DNA of 64,000 nt from NCBI GenBank assembly GCA_041674285.1, contig JBAYVZ010000002.1, positions 14,600 through 78,599 on the forward strand, read 5' to 3'. Below, piece by piece: positions 17,960 to 26,834 of this stretch. The DNA is from Minisyncoccota bacterium. Its GTDB lineage: Bacteria > Patescibacteriota > Minisyncoccia > Phycocordibacterales > UBA9973. The position numbers and the translations under genes were made by a program. Below the pieces are notes generated by a model that searched no databases, was not told the DNA's origin, and worked only from the letters and a program-made list of their open reading frames with translations. Numbering within the stretch: the stretch's first letter is position 1; every line of letters starts with the position of its first letter.

Positions 17960-19168
17960 TTATTTCCACTTTTTATATTTATTTAAAATCTTTTCAAGAG
18001 ATGAAATTAGATAGTCTAAGTCTGACTTTTTTGTGTCTCTACCGAGAGTAATACGTATAGAGTCATTATAATTTTCACGGAGCGCACGGATCACATGAGA
18101 ACCCTCGTCGCTATCTGCAGAGCAAGCAGATCGCTCGGATACGGCCATACCCCGCGCGTCGAGCTCTATCACTAGTAGTTCACTTGAAATACCCTCTACT
18201 GTGATATTTATATTATTCGGCAAACGATTTTCAATATCACCATTTAAAAATATTTTATACCCGACTTTTTCTCCGAGGTTCAATAATTTTGAGATAGTAT
18301 AATCACGCAGAGATGTAATTCTAACTATTTCTTTATTTTTAATTTTATTTGTGACGCGCAGGGCCTCTGCCAATCCGGCAATAGCTGGTACATTCTCTGT
18401 GCCAGAACGCAACCCACCCTCTTGTCCACCACCAGCATACAATGGAGACAATTCTATTCCTCTTTTTTTATATAGAACACCTACACCTTTTGGTCCATAA
18501 ATCTTTGTACTATTAAAAGACATCATATCTACACCTAGCCTGTCTACATTTTCAGTATCTAGATAATTCATCACCTGGGCAGCATCTGTATGGAACAAAG
18601 GAAATTCGTGCGTATTTCCGGAATGCTTTTTATAATGCCTAATCTCTTTTGCAATATCACGAATTGGTTGGATTGTTCCAATTTCATTGTTTGCATACAT
18701 CACAGATACGAGGACGGTATTCTCCTTTATCGCATCACGAATTTTTCTTGGGTCTACTATTCCATTTTCTTCGACGCTCACATACGTGACTTCTGCTTCG
18801 CCATGATTCTCGAGCATCTTGCAATTCTCAAGGACCGCAGAGTGCTCGATATTTGTAGTGACGATGTGAGGTATCAAGCTTTTTGTTGATAGCTTTTTGC
18901 TATTTGCACATACTACTCCCAAAATAGCCAAGGCATCAGATTCAGTACCAGAACCTGTAAAAAATATTTCATCCGGCAGAGCATTTATAGAGCTAGCGAT
19001 TGATTTACGAGATTCTTCCACGATATTTCGAGCAAAAACACCCCCACTATATATAGCACTAGGATTAAGCTCGACTTTGCGAGCTTGTTCAGATACAACT
19101 TTTGCTACCCTTTTATCAATAGGGGTCATAGATGCATAATCTAAATAGATTTTCCTCTTTTGAAACAT
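17960..19168 (-). CDS. cysteine desulfurase (class V aminotransferase, IscS/NifS-like)
   Basis: 402 aa; LDYASMTP N-terminus, PLP-lysine region, C-terminal active cysteine (SERSACSAD). Confidence 0.85.
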   Translation of the reverse strand: MFQKRKIYLDYASMTPIDKRVAKVVSEQARKVELNPSAIYSGGVFARNIVEESRKSIASSINALPDEIFFTGSGTESDALAILGVVCANSKKLSTKSLIPHIVTTNIEHSAVLENCKMLENHGEAEVTYVSVEENGIVDPRKIRDAIKENTVLVSVMYANNEIGTIQPIRDIAKEIRHYKKHSGNTHEFPLFHTDAAQVMNYLDTENVDRLGVDMMSFNSTKIYGPKGVGVLYKKRGIELSPLYAGGGQEGGLRSGTENVPAIAGLAEALRVTNKIKNKEIVRITSLRDYTISKLLNLGEKVGYKIFLNGDIENRLPNNINITVEGISSELLVIELDARGMAVSERSACSADSDEGSHVIRALRENYNDSIRITLGRDTKKSDLDYLISSLEKILNKYKKWK

Positions 19169-19315
19169 TATGTACCTACTATATCACGAAACCCCTCCTC
19201 AGTCCTCCTTACAGGAGCTATACACCTTTCGCATCTGAATACAGAATGCTCAAGGTCTTGCGCTTGGGTCCCTATTGTCCCAAGCTCACCCCTTGGCAGG
19301 AGGAGGAAGTTCTCA

Positions 19316-19344
19316 TTGTAAAAAATGATTATTTGTTGTATACT
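19316..19344 (+). promoter_or_regulatory. sigma70-like promoter (TTGTAA-17-TATACT) for the 19356 gene / infB operon
   Basis: -35 at 19316..19321, -10 at 19339..19344; ATG at 19356 is about 5 nt from the predicted TSS. Confidence 0.4.
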
Positions 19345-19355
19345 ACTCACTATCT

Positions 19356-19799
19356 ATGAGTATCACTATCCTTACATATATACTTGGATTTTTTATTGCC
19401 ATTCTTCTTGGATGGATAACTTATCTACATATACGTATGAAGCGTCTTTTTATGGGCACAAAAGCAAAAGACCTCGAGGATGTGATGTACACCCTAGGTA
19501 AGCACACAGAACAACTAGAAATAACACAGAGAGAGATCAATCGTCACCTAGAGCATCTAGACAACAAAATGAAAAAGACTATCCGAGGTGTGGAGACTAT
19601 CCGATTCAATCCATTCCCTGACCATGGCAGCAATCAATCATTTGCTATTTCATTTATAAATGATGAAGGAGATGGAGTAGTTATGTCTAGTCTATACGCT
19701 CGTGATCGAATGAGTATATTTGCAAAACCAATAAAAGGAGGCAAATCAGACTATGAACTTTCTGAAGAAGAGAAAGACGTTTTAAATAAAACAAAATAA
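19356..19799 (+). CDS. hypothetical membrane protein (DUF4446-like)
   Basis: 147 aa; N-terminal TM helix then a charged coiled region; the stop is 5 nt upstream of infB. Confidence 0.45.
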   Translation: MSITILTYILGFFIAILLGWITYLHIRMKRLFMGTKAKDLEDVMYTLGKHTEQLEITQREINRHLEHLDNKMKKTIRGVETIRFNPFPDHGSNQSFAISFINDEGDGVVMSSLYARDRMSIFAKPIKGGKSDYELSEEEKDVLNKTK

Positions 19800-19804
19800 A
19801 CAAT

Positions 19805-21304
19805 ATGTCAGAAAACAAAACACAAACAAATAGACCACCGGTAGTTGTGGTGATGGGACACGTCGACCACGGAAAGTCGACGCTTCTTGACTATATCCGC
19901 AAGTCAAACATAGTAGACGGAGAAGCAGGAGGAATCACTCAGCATATTTCTGCGTATGAGGTAACACACAAAGACGAGGGAGGTGCAGATCAAAAGATTA
20001 CATTCCTAGATACCCCAGGTCACGAGGCTTTTTCTAAAATGCGTGCACGAGGAGCATCTGCTGCTGATATCGCGATTCTAGTAGTATCGGCTGAAGACTC
20101 AGTCAAAGCTCAGACTCTAGAGGCTTACAATACAATCATCGACAGCAAAGTACCCTACATCGTAGCTATCAACAAGATAGACAAACCCAATGCGAACATC
20201 GAAAAGACAAAGATGGACCTAGTAGAAAAAGGTATATACCTAGAAGGTATGGGTGGAGATATACCGTTTGTTCCAATCTCTGCAAAATCAGGAGCAGGCA
20301 TACCAGAACTACTAGATATGATCCTACTCGTCGCAGATATGAACTTATACACAGGAGATAAAAAGTTGGGTGCATCTGGTGTCATCATCGAGGCAAACCG
20401 TGATCCAAAACGTGGAATCACAGCTACCTGTCTAATCAAGAATGGAACTGTTAAAAACGGCATGTTCGTAGTAGCCGGCAATGCGATAGTAGCTACACGT
20501 ATCATGGAAAATTTTCTAGGTAAACCTATAAAAGAAGCCACATTCTCATCCCCTATCCGCCTTGTAGGTTTTGATATCATGCCCGAGGTAGGTAGTACTT
20601 TTGATACTTTTGAAAGTAAAAAAGAAGCAGAAAAATTCCAAGTTGAAATGCGTGAACTGGTAAACAAAAAAGCAAATACAAAAACAGAAAGATTTGAAGG
20701 TAAAGTAATTCCTATTATAGTCAAGACAGATGTAGCAGGCACAGCAGAAGCTCTAGAAAAGGAAATGTCTAAACTAAACACAGCAGATATATCTTTCAAG
20801 ATTATTTCTTGCGGAGTAGGTGCCATATCTGAGACTGATCTGAAGATGGCAAGCTCTGACAAAGAGAGTGTCGTCGTAGGATTCACAGTCAAGATGGATA
20901 GAGGTGCTGCAGATCTGAACGAGACATTGAAGGTAAATGTGCAGAGTTTCGACATTATCTATAAACTCACAGACTGGCTAAAGGAGCTCGTAGAAGAGCG
21001 CCGCCCAAGATCAGAGACCCAAGAAGTCACAGGTGCGGTAAAGATATTGAAGACTTTTAGTGCTACAAAGGACAAGCAAGTAATCGGTGGAAAAGTCACA
21101 GAAGGCCGTATCACCCTAGGTGGTATCGTGCGTATCATACGTCGTGAAAATGAGATCGGCCGTGGCAAGATAGTAGAGCTACAAGCTGGTAAAATAAAAT
21201 CCAAGGAAGTTCTAGAAGGTAATGAATGTGGAATGCAAGTTGAATCTAAAATAGAGATATCTGGAGGAGATGTACTAGAAGCATTCACAACAGTTATTAA
21301 GTAA
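19805..21304 (+). CDS. infB: translation initiation factor IF-2 (short form, G-domain onward)
   Basis: 499 aa; GTPase motifs GHVDHGKST, DTPGHEAF, NKID; beta-barrel domains at the C-terminus. Confidence 0.9.
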   Translation: MSENKTQTNRPPVVVVMGHVDHGKSTLLDYIRKSNIVDGEAGGITQHISAYEVTHKDEGGADQKITFLDTPGHEAFSKMRARGASAADIAILVVSAEDSVKAQTLEAYNTIIDSKVPYIVAINKIDKPNANIEKTKMDLVEKGIYLEGMGGDIPFVPISAKSGAGIPELLDMILLVADMNLYTGDKKLGASGVIIEANRDPKRGITATCLIKNGTVKNGMFVVAGNAIVATRIMENFLGKPIKEATFSSPIRLVGFDIMPEVGSTFDTFESKKEAEKFQVEMRELVNKKANTKTERFEGKVIPIIVKTDVAGTAEALEKEMSKLNTADISFKIISCGVGAISETDLKMASSDKESVVVGFTVKMDRGAADLNETLKVNVQSFDIIYKLTDWLKELVEERRPRSETQEVTGAVKILKTFSATKDKQVIGGKVTEGRITLGGIVRIIRRENEIGRGKIVELQAGKIKSKEVLEGNECGMQVESKIEISGGDVLEAFTTVIK

Positions 21305-21396
21305 TTTTTAATGATAAATTTTAAATTTTATAAATAATCATTAAATGTTTCAATTTTTAAAAATTAAAAAATTAAAAATTCAAAAATTTTAACCTT

Positions 21397-21723
21397 ATGG
21401 CAAATCACAGAGACGAAAAAATAACATCAAGAATACGAGAACTGGCAGCTACCTTTATTGAGAAAGAAGGTGGTATTTCTTCATTAATCACTGTCACTGG
21501 AGTAGAGATGACTCCAGACGGCAGGAATGCAAAGATATTAATAACCGCACTTCCAGCAGACAAAGAGCAAGCTGCATATGGATTCGTGAAGAGAAATCTT
21601 GGTGAAATGCGTACATTTATCATGAAGCAACTCAAGATTCACCCTATTCCATATCTTGATGTAGCAATCGACCTCGGAGAAAAGAATCGCCAAAAAATTG
21701 ACGAATTACTCAAAAACGGTTAG
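21397..21723 (+). CDS. rbfA: ribosome-binding factor A
   Basis: 108 aa KH-like RbfA fold; conserved infB-rbfA gene order. Confidence 0.75.
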   Translation: MANHRDEKITSRIRELAATFIEKEGGISSLITVTGVEMTPDGRNAKILITALPADKEQAAYGFVKRNLGEMRTFIMKQLKIHPIPYLDVAIDLGEKNRQKIDELLKNG

Positions 21724-21750
21724 TATGTAAAGGCACAATGATGTAATGAA

Positions 21751-21822
21751 GGCCTAGTGGCCAAGTGGTAAGGCAAAGATCTGCAAAATCTTTATACGGC
21801 GGTTCGATTCCGCCCTAGGCCT
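21751..21822 (+). tRNA. tRNA-Cys (anticodon GCA)
   Basis: acceptor ggcctag/ctaggcc, anticodon stem aagat/atctt, loop ctGCAaa, T-arm ggcgg-ttcgatt-ccgcc. Confidence 0.85.
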
Positions 21823-21853
21823 CAGGGTGCATTAGGTATTGAAAAGTAAATAT

Positions 21854-21937
21854 GCCGGGGTGGCGAAATTGGTAGACGCACTTGCCTTAGGAGCAAGCGA
21901 GGTTACACTCATGGAAGTTCAAGTCTTCTCCCCGGCA
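21854..21937 (+). tRNA. tRNA-Leu (anticodon UAG), type II
   Basis: acceptor gccgggg/ccccggc, anticodon stem cttgc/gcaag, loop ctTAGga, long variable arm, T-arm ggaag-ttcaagt-cttct. Confidence 0.85.
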
Positions 21938-21941
21938 CAAT

Positions 21942-21972
21942 AAAAAAGACCCTTTAGTGGGTCTTTTTTATT
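21942..21972 (+). terminator. terminator after the tRNA-Cys/tRNA-Leu pair
   Basis: aaaaaagaccc-tttagt-gggtctttttt. Confidence 0.75.
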
Positions 21973-22116
21973 GTGCACACGATTTATTCGTGTGACACAA
22001 AAATACTTTTTTGTGTGGGGAGAAGCTTGAAAGACGGAGGCTGTCGAGCCGAGTCGGGGTCGCGCAAATTTTCACCATAAAATTATGTGTGACCAAGTCT
22101 TCTAATTTAAATAAAA

Positions 22117-22150
22117 AAGACCCCAGTTTCTCAACTGAGGTCTTTTTTCA
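22117..22150. terminator. bidirectional terminator
   Basis: agaccccag/ctgaggtct stem (one mismatch) with A-run and T-run on either side. Confidence 0.55.
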
Positions 22151-22165
22151 TTTAGTTTACTGCTA

Positions 22166-22567
22166 CTATCGTAGCAAGGTAACTTCTTTACCGATAACTC
22201 TTACTGCAACAATGGTGCTATCGTTGATGATACTACTTGCAGTAGCACTATCAACCTCCAAATTGTATGCAAGTCCATCCTTGGAATTAATTTTTAAAGA
22301 CAAATTCCATGAATTTAAGGGTATCGCATAGGATACACTCATAGGTATCCCAATAATTTCAATAGGTGTACCTTGCAATTCGCCATCCTCCCCAATGGAA
22401 AACCCAGGGTCGATGTCTTTTTGTGGCTCCAAAGATATGGAATCTTTTTTAGCTTTCTCGGCAGCCTCCCACTCCTTGAGTTTTTTACCAGACATACTCT
22501 CACCACCACAACTCATCATTACGGCCATCATCCCGACAGCGGCAATGTAAAAGATTAACTTCTTCAT
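22166..22567 (-). CDS. hypothetical lipoprotein
   Basis: likely start MKKLIFYIAAVGMMAVMMSCGG (signal peptide plus lipobox Cys); about 133 aa. Confidence 0.45.
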   Translation of the reverse strand: MKKLIFYIAAVGMMAVMMSCGGESMSGKKLKEWEAAEKAKKDSISLEPQKDIDPGFSIGEDGELQGTPIEIIGIPMSVSYAIPLNSWNLSLKINSKDGLAYNLEVDSATASSIINDSTIVAVRVIGKEVTLLR

Positions 22568-22664
22568 GCTTTTTATAAATAATTTGTGTATATTATACAC
22601 CTAAAATGCATTTTTGTCAATATATCTATTCAACCTTTATTTATCAATAAATCCCCTCTTTTTC

Positions 22665-22693
22665 TTGCATTTTACCCCCAAATAAGGTAGTAT
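22665..22693 (+). promoter_or_regulatory. sigma70-like promoter for secG (TTGCAT-17-TAGTAT); leaderless transcript predicted
   Basis: -10 ends 6 nt before the ATG at 22700. Confidence 0.4.
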
Positions 22694-22699
22694 ATACAT

Positions 22700-22933
22700 A
22701 TGACGATTATTGCTAACCTATTACCGTATATACAGATTATCTTGTCTGTTATTTTGGTTGTTGCTATATTACTCCAGCAATCCGACAGTGGTGCCGGTGG
22801 TGCTTTTGGAGGCGGAGACAGTGGTGCTCTATTCCACACACGCCGCGGATTCGAAAAGATCCTATTTATAACTACAATTATAATCAGCATACTTTTTGCT
22901 GCTTCAGCTTTTATTGCGATACTCGTTAAGTAA
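22700..22933 (+). CDS. secG: preprotein translocase subunit SecG
   Basis: 77 aa; two TM helices flanking a Gly-rich loop (LLQQSDSGAGGAFGGGDSG). Confidence 0.75.
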   Translation: MTIIANLLPYIQIILSVILVVAILLQQSDSGAGGAFGGGDSGALFHTRRGFEKILFITTIIISILFAASAFIAILVK

Positions 22934-22993
22934 ATCGTTTACTTAATTATTAAACTCACATAGCGGGGATACCCCTCTCTATTCTATTTTACA

Positions 22994-24802
22994 ATGCAAT
23001 CATTTTTTTCATTTATAAAAGATTTCAAATTACCAAACAAAACAGAAATTAAAAATTCTTTTAACAGACTGACTCCAAAGCAACTGGCTTTATTCTTTTT
23101 ATCCTGCGTAGTGGCTCTGTCTATGTTCACGACTATTCTAGCAAAGGTAAACAATTACTACATGGTATCCATCCCAAAAACTGGTGGTAGCATGTCCGAA
23201 GGTATAATAGGAATACCTACATTCGTGAATCCAGTACTGGCAGTATCTAGTGCAGACAAGGACATGACTACACTAGTATATTCAGGACTTATGAGAAAGA
23301 TGCCCGATGGATCTATCATTCCTGACCTTGCAAAATCATACGAAGTTTCGAACAACGGATTAACATATACTTTTACACTAAAAGACAACCTATCATTCCA
23401 CGACAAGGAACCTCTATCTGCAGATGATATTATATTCACAATAGAGAAGATTAAGGATCCATTGATAAAGAGCCCACGAAAAGCACAGTGGGATAGTATA
23501 GAAGTATCAAAAATAGACGAAAAGACCGTGGCTTTTTATCTAAAACAGCCATACGCATCATTCCTAGGGAACAATGCGACTTTGGGAATACTGCCGAATC
23601 ATATATGGAAAAATATTGGATCTTCCGAGTTCCCTCTTTCGGGATTCAATATCAAAGCTATAGGTACAGGTCCATACATGATCGATAGTATTTCAAAAAG
23701 CAAAGACGGGACTCCCGAGACATACTCACTTTCTCGATTTAAAAAATTTGCATTAGGTGCTCCGAATATAAAAACAGTAGATATAACCTCATACTCAAAT
23801 GAAAAAGATTTAGTTGATGCATTATTAGGTGGTGACATAGACCAAGCTGGAGGAATAAGCCCTGAAAATACAGACAAGGTGATTAAGAATGGATACACAG
23901 TTCACACATCCACCCTACCTCGTATGTTTGGATTATTCTTTAATCAAAACAAGAACAATATTTTCTCGGATAAGGCGGTAATCAATGCAATGGAAAAAGC
24001 CCTAGACAAGCAATCCATTGTAGACACAGTGCTATATGGTCACGGCACTACGATAGATAACCCTATCCCAGCAACAATATTGTCAAAAGAAATAATAAGT
24101 GAATCTTATTCAATTGATGAGGCTAACAAGATTCTAGACAATGCTGGTTGGATAAAAGGTGAAGACGGATACCGCACAAAAGGTGGAACCACAAGGACGG
24201 TAACTACTACATCAAAGGTCAAAGGTAAAACTGTAAAGAAAACCAGCACAGTTTCCACTGGACCCAAGATTGCGCTGTCTTTCTCAATAACAACTGGAGA
24301 CGATACAGAGCTAGATCGTGCTGCAAGCATAATAGCAAGCCAGCTAAAAGAGATCGGGGTGCGAGTTGAGATAAAGAATTATGACATGGGGGCATTAAAC
24401 AATCTGATCCGTTCCAGGGATTATGATAGTCTATTTTTTGGTCAGATTGTAAACAATGACTCAGATCTTTATGCCTTCTGGCATTCATCACAGAGGACAG
24501 ACCCCGGACTGAATATTGCCATGTACTCAAATTCTACAGTTGACGCAATACTCGAAAAATCAAGTAAAACATTACAAGAAGAAGAAAAAGAAAATCTTTA
24601 TAAAATTTTTATAAAAGAATTCAAAAAAGACAAACCAGCATTATTTATATATTCACCACAGTATATATACGCAACGAAAAATGACGTAACCAATGTAGTA
24701 CTACCAGCACTCAATGCATCGTCTAATCGTTTTGTATCTATATACACATGGTACGCAGAAACAGACCGTGTATGGAGAATATTTGCTAAAGAAAATAATT
24801 AA
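22994..24802 (+). CDS. ABC transporter substrate-binding protein, family 5 (peptide/nickel, OppA-like)
   Basis: 602 aa; N-terminal TM/signal anchor then SBP_bac_5-like domain. Confidence 0.7.
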   Translation: MQSFFSFIKDFKLPNKTEIKNSFNRLTPKQLALFFLSCVVALSMFTTILAKVNNYYMVSIPKTGGSMSEGIIGIPTFVNPVLAVSSADKDMTTLVYSGLMRKMPDGSIIPDLAKSYEVSNNGLTYTFTLKDNLSFHDKEPLSADDIIFTIEKIKDPLIKSPRKAQWDSIEVSKIDEKTVAFYLKQPYASFLGNNATLGILPNHIWKNIGSSEFPLSGFNIKAIGTGPYMIDSISKSKDGTPETYSLSRFKKFALGAPNIKTVDITSYSNEKDLVDALLGGDIDQAGGISPENTDKVIKNGYTVHTSTLPRMFGLFFNQNKNNIFSDKAVINAMEKALDKQSIVDTVLYGHGTTIDNPIPATILSKEIISESYSIDEANKILDNAGWIKGEDGYRTKGGTTRTVTTTSKVKGKTVKKTSTVSTGPKIALSFSITTGDDTELDRAASIIASQLKEIGVRVEIKNYDMGALNNLIRSRDYDSLFFGQIVNNDSDLYAFWHSSQRTDPGLNIAMYSNSTVDAILEKSSKTLQEEEKENLYKIFIKEFKKDKPALFIYSPQYIYATKNDVTNVVLPALNASSNRFVSIYTWYAETDRVWRIFAKENN

Positions 24803-24844
24803 CAATTTAAAAAGTATCCGCCAATGGCGCGATAAACAACAATT

Positions 24845-26833
24845 ATGAATGAAATAAAAAAACCGACAAGAAATGAAGAGAGGAAAACTGTTGGAGGCGG
24901 TCGTCCGATGCGGACACCACAAATACGTGTAGCACAAAAATCAAGCACTCCTCAACCAACAAAACCAACACAGAATACAAATCAAAACAATAAAAACAGA
25001 GGACCCCAGCAGAGAAACAATCAAAACCCAAAAAAGATAAACCGTGGAAGTTATCAATATGGGAGCAAAAATGGTGGTCGTCGCCCCCATGCTACACCTG
25101 GTGCGCACGCACCAAGACCTAGCACAAAAAAGCAGTCGACAATACCAGCCCCAGCAGAAGGAGTTGTGCGTATTATTCCACTTGGTGGAGTAGAAGAGAT
25201 CGGCAAGAATATGACAGCCATCGAAATCGGTAATGATATAATCGTCATCGATGCTGGGATGCAATTTAAGACTGAAGATACGCCAGGTATCGACTATATA
25301 ATCCCAAACACTACATATCTAGAAGAGCGCAAGGATAAAATCCGAGCTATGTTTGTGACCCACGGCCACCTAGACCACATAGGAGGTATCCCCCTCGTTA
25401 TGAGCCGTATCGGGAATCCCCCATTATATTCTAGAAATCTATCTATCTTATTGATGAAAAAGAGACAAGAAGAATTTCCTCATCTACCCGCATTAAAAGC
25501 TGAGATAGTAGAAAAGGATTCTGTGGTCACAGTAGGAAATATTCGCGTCAGATTCTTTGGTGTAACACACACAGTACCTGACTCTATGGGTATCATAGTA
25601 GAGACACCATATGGCTCAATAGTAACACCAGGAGACTACAAGTTAGACCAGATAGATGGAGTAGTATCAGATGAAGAAGAAAAAGAGTATGCATTTTTTG
25701 ATAAAGAAAATGTACTATGTCTCCTTACTGACTCTACAAATATCGAAAATGAAGGATTCTCACTACCTGAATCTCGAGTGAATGAAGGCCTAGGGAATCT
25801 CCTTACAAAATGCAACGGTCGTATAATTATCGCGGCTTTTGCTTCACATATAACCCGCCTAGTAAAGATTGTAGAAAAAGCAGAGTCACTAGGTAAAAAG
25901 GTAGTACTCGAAGGTAGGTCACTGAAGACAAATATGGAAGTATGTGAACAAGCAGGATTATTCACTCCGCAAAAAGGCACGATCATCCCCGTTGAAGATA
26001 TCGGCAACTACCCTCCGAACAAGATAGTAGTATTGATGACTGGTGCCCAAGGTGAAGAATTTGCCGCACTGAATCGTGCCGCAAATAAGACTCACAAGAA
26101 ATTCACAATTACAAAAGGAGACACTATTATCTTGTCTGCTTCTATTGTGCCAGGAAACGAAATATCTGTTCAAAAACTAAAAGACAATCTAGCTCGTCAC
26201 GGAGTAAAGATCATCAGTTACCGTACATCTGAGGAGACTATCCATGCTACAGGTCACGGAAACCAAGAGGATGTAAAATGGCTACACCGCAAGACTCACC
26301 CAAAATTCTTTATCCCAATACACGGATGGCACTCTATGCTTGTAAAACACAAGGAGATAGCTATGGAACTAGGAATGTCCGAAGACAACGTTATTGTTCC
26401 TGATAATGGATCTCTAATTGAAATCACTGACAACGGAACAAAGATTGGTGTTAGAAAAGAAAAAGCACCAGCGTCCCCTATGATGGTTGATGGATTCTCT
26501 GTCGGTGACGAACAAGAGGTAGTTATTCGTGATCGTGTCATGCTTGCACAAGATGGTATGTTTGTTCTTATTGCTACCATAGATTCTGTAAGCGGTAAAC
26601 TAAGGAAATCTCCAGATATAATCTCTCGTGGATTTATCTATCTAAAAGAAAACCAGGACCTACTACACCAAGTAAGATTGATAATCAAAAAGACAATCGA
26701 GGAAGGGACTCGTGATACCCACCCAGCAAATTTTGATTTAATCAAAACAACACTAGGTGACAATATATCTAAATTCCTATTCCAAAATACAGCAAAGCGA
26801 CCATTGGTGATACCGGTACTATTATCTGTATAA
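24845..26833 (+). CDS. rnj: ribonuclease J with a ~110 aa basic Q/N/P-rich N-terminal extension
   Basis: 662 aa; metallo-beta-lactamase HxHxDH (VTHGHLDHIGG), beta-CASP and C-terminal domain. Confidence 0.85.
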   Translation: MNEIKKPTRNEERKTVGGGRPMRTPQIRVAQKSSTPQPTKPTQNTNQNNKNRGPQQRNNQNPKKINRGSYQYGSKNGGRRPHATPGAHAPRPSTKKQSTIPAPAEGVVRIIPLGGVEEIGKNMTAIEIGNDIIVIDAGMQFKTEDTPGIDYIIPNTTYLEERKDKIRAMFVTHGHLDHIGGIPLVMSRIGNPPLYSRNLSILLMKKRQEEFPHLPALKAEIVEKDSVVTVGNIRVRFFGVTHTVPDSMGIIVETPYGSIVTPGDYKLDQIDGVVSDEEEKEYAFFDKENVLCLLTDSTNIENEGFSLPESRVNEGLGNLLTKCNGRIIIAAFASHITRLVKIVEKAESLGKKVVLEGRSLKTNMEVCEQAGLFTPQKGTIIPVEDIGNYPPNKIVVLMTGAQGEEFAALNRAANKTHKKFTITKGDTIILSASIVPGNEISVQKLKDNLARHGVKIISYRTSEETIHATGHGNQEDVKWLHRKTHPKFFIPIHGWHSMLVKHKEIAMELGMSEDNVIVPDNGSLIEITDNGTKIGVRKEKAPASPMMVDGFSVGDEQEVVIRDRVMLAQDGMFVLIATIDSVSGKLRKSPDIISRGFIYLKENQDLLHQVRLIIKKTIEEGTRDTHPANFDLIKTTLGDNISKFLFQNTAKRPLVIPVLLSV

Positions 26834-26834
26834 A

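Noticed and set aside
19185-19315. SD-like AGGAGGAGG as ribosome-binding site of the 19356 gene
   Set aside because: It lies 35 nt upstream of the ATG and upstream of the predicted promoter -35, so it cannot serve as the SD for that gene.
20155-21288. Minus-strand ORFs (266 aa and 109 aa) overlapping infB
   Set aside because: Antisense to IF-2 and of low-complexity composition; spurious.
21305-21396. AT-only stretch with short aaaaatt-like tandem motifs between infB and rbfA; considered as a possible CRISPR array or minisatellite
   Set aside because: No regular 25-40 bp repeat/spacer periodicity and no cas genes; it looks like low-complexity AT-rich spacer, possibly an UP-element or curved DNA.
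22011-22331. 106-aa ORF across the putative sRNA region
   Set aside because: It overlaps two terminators and the antisense strand of the lipoprotein gene; it is better explained as non-coding.
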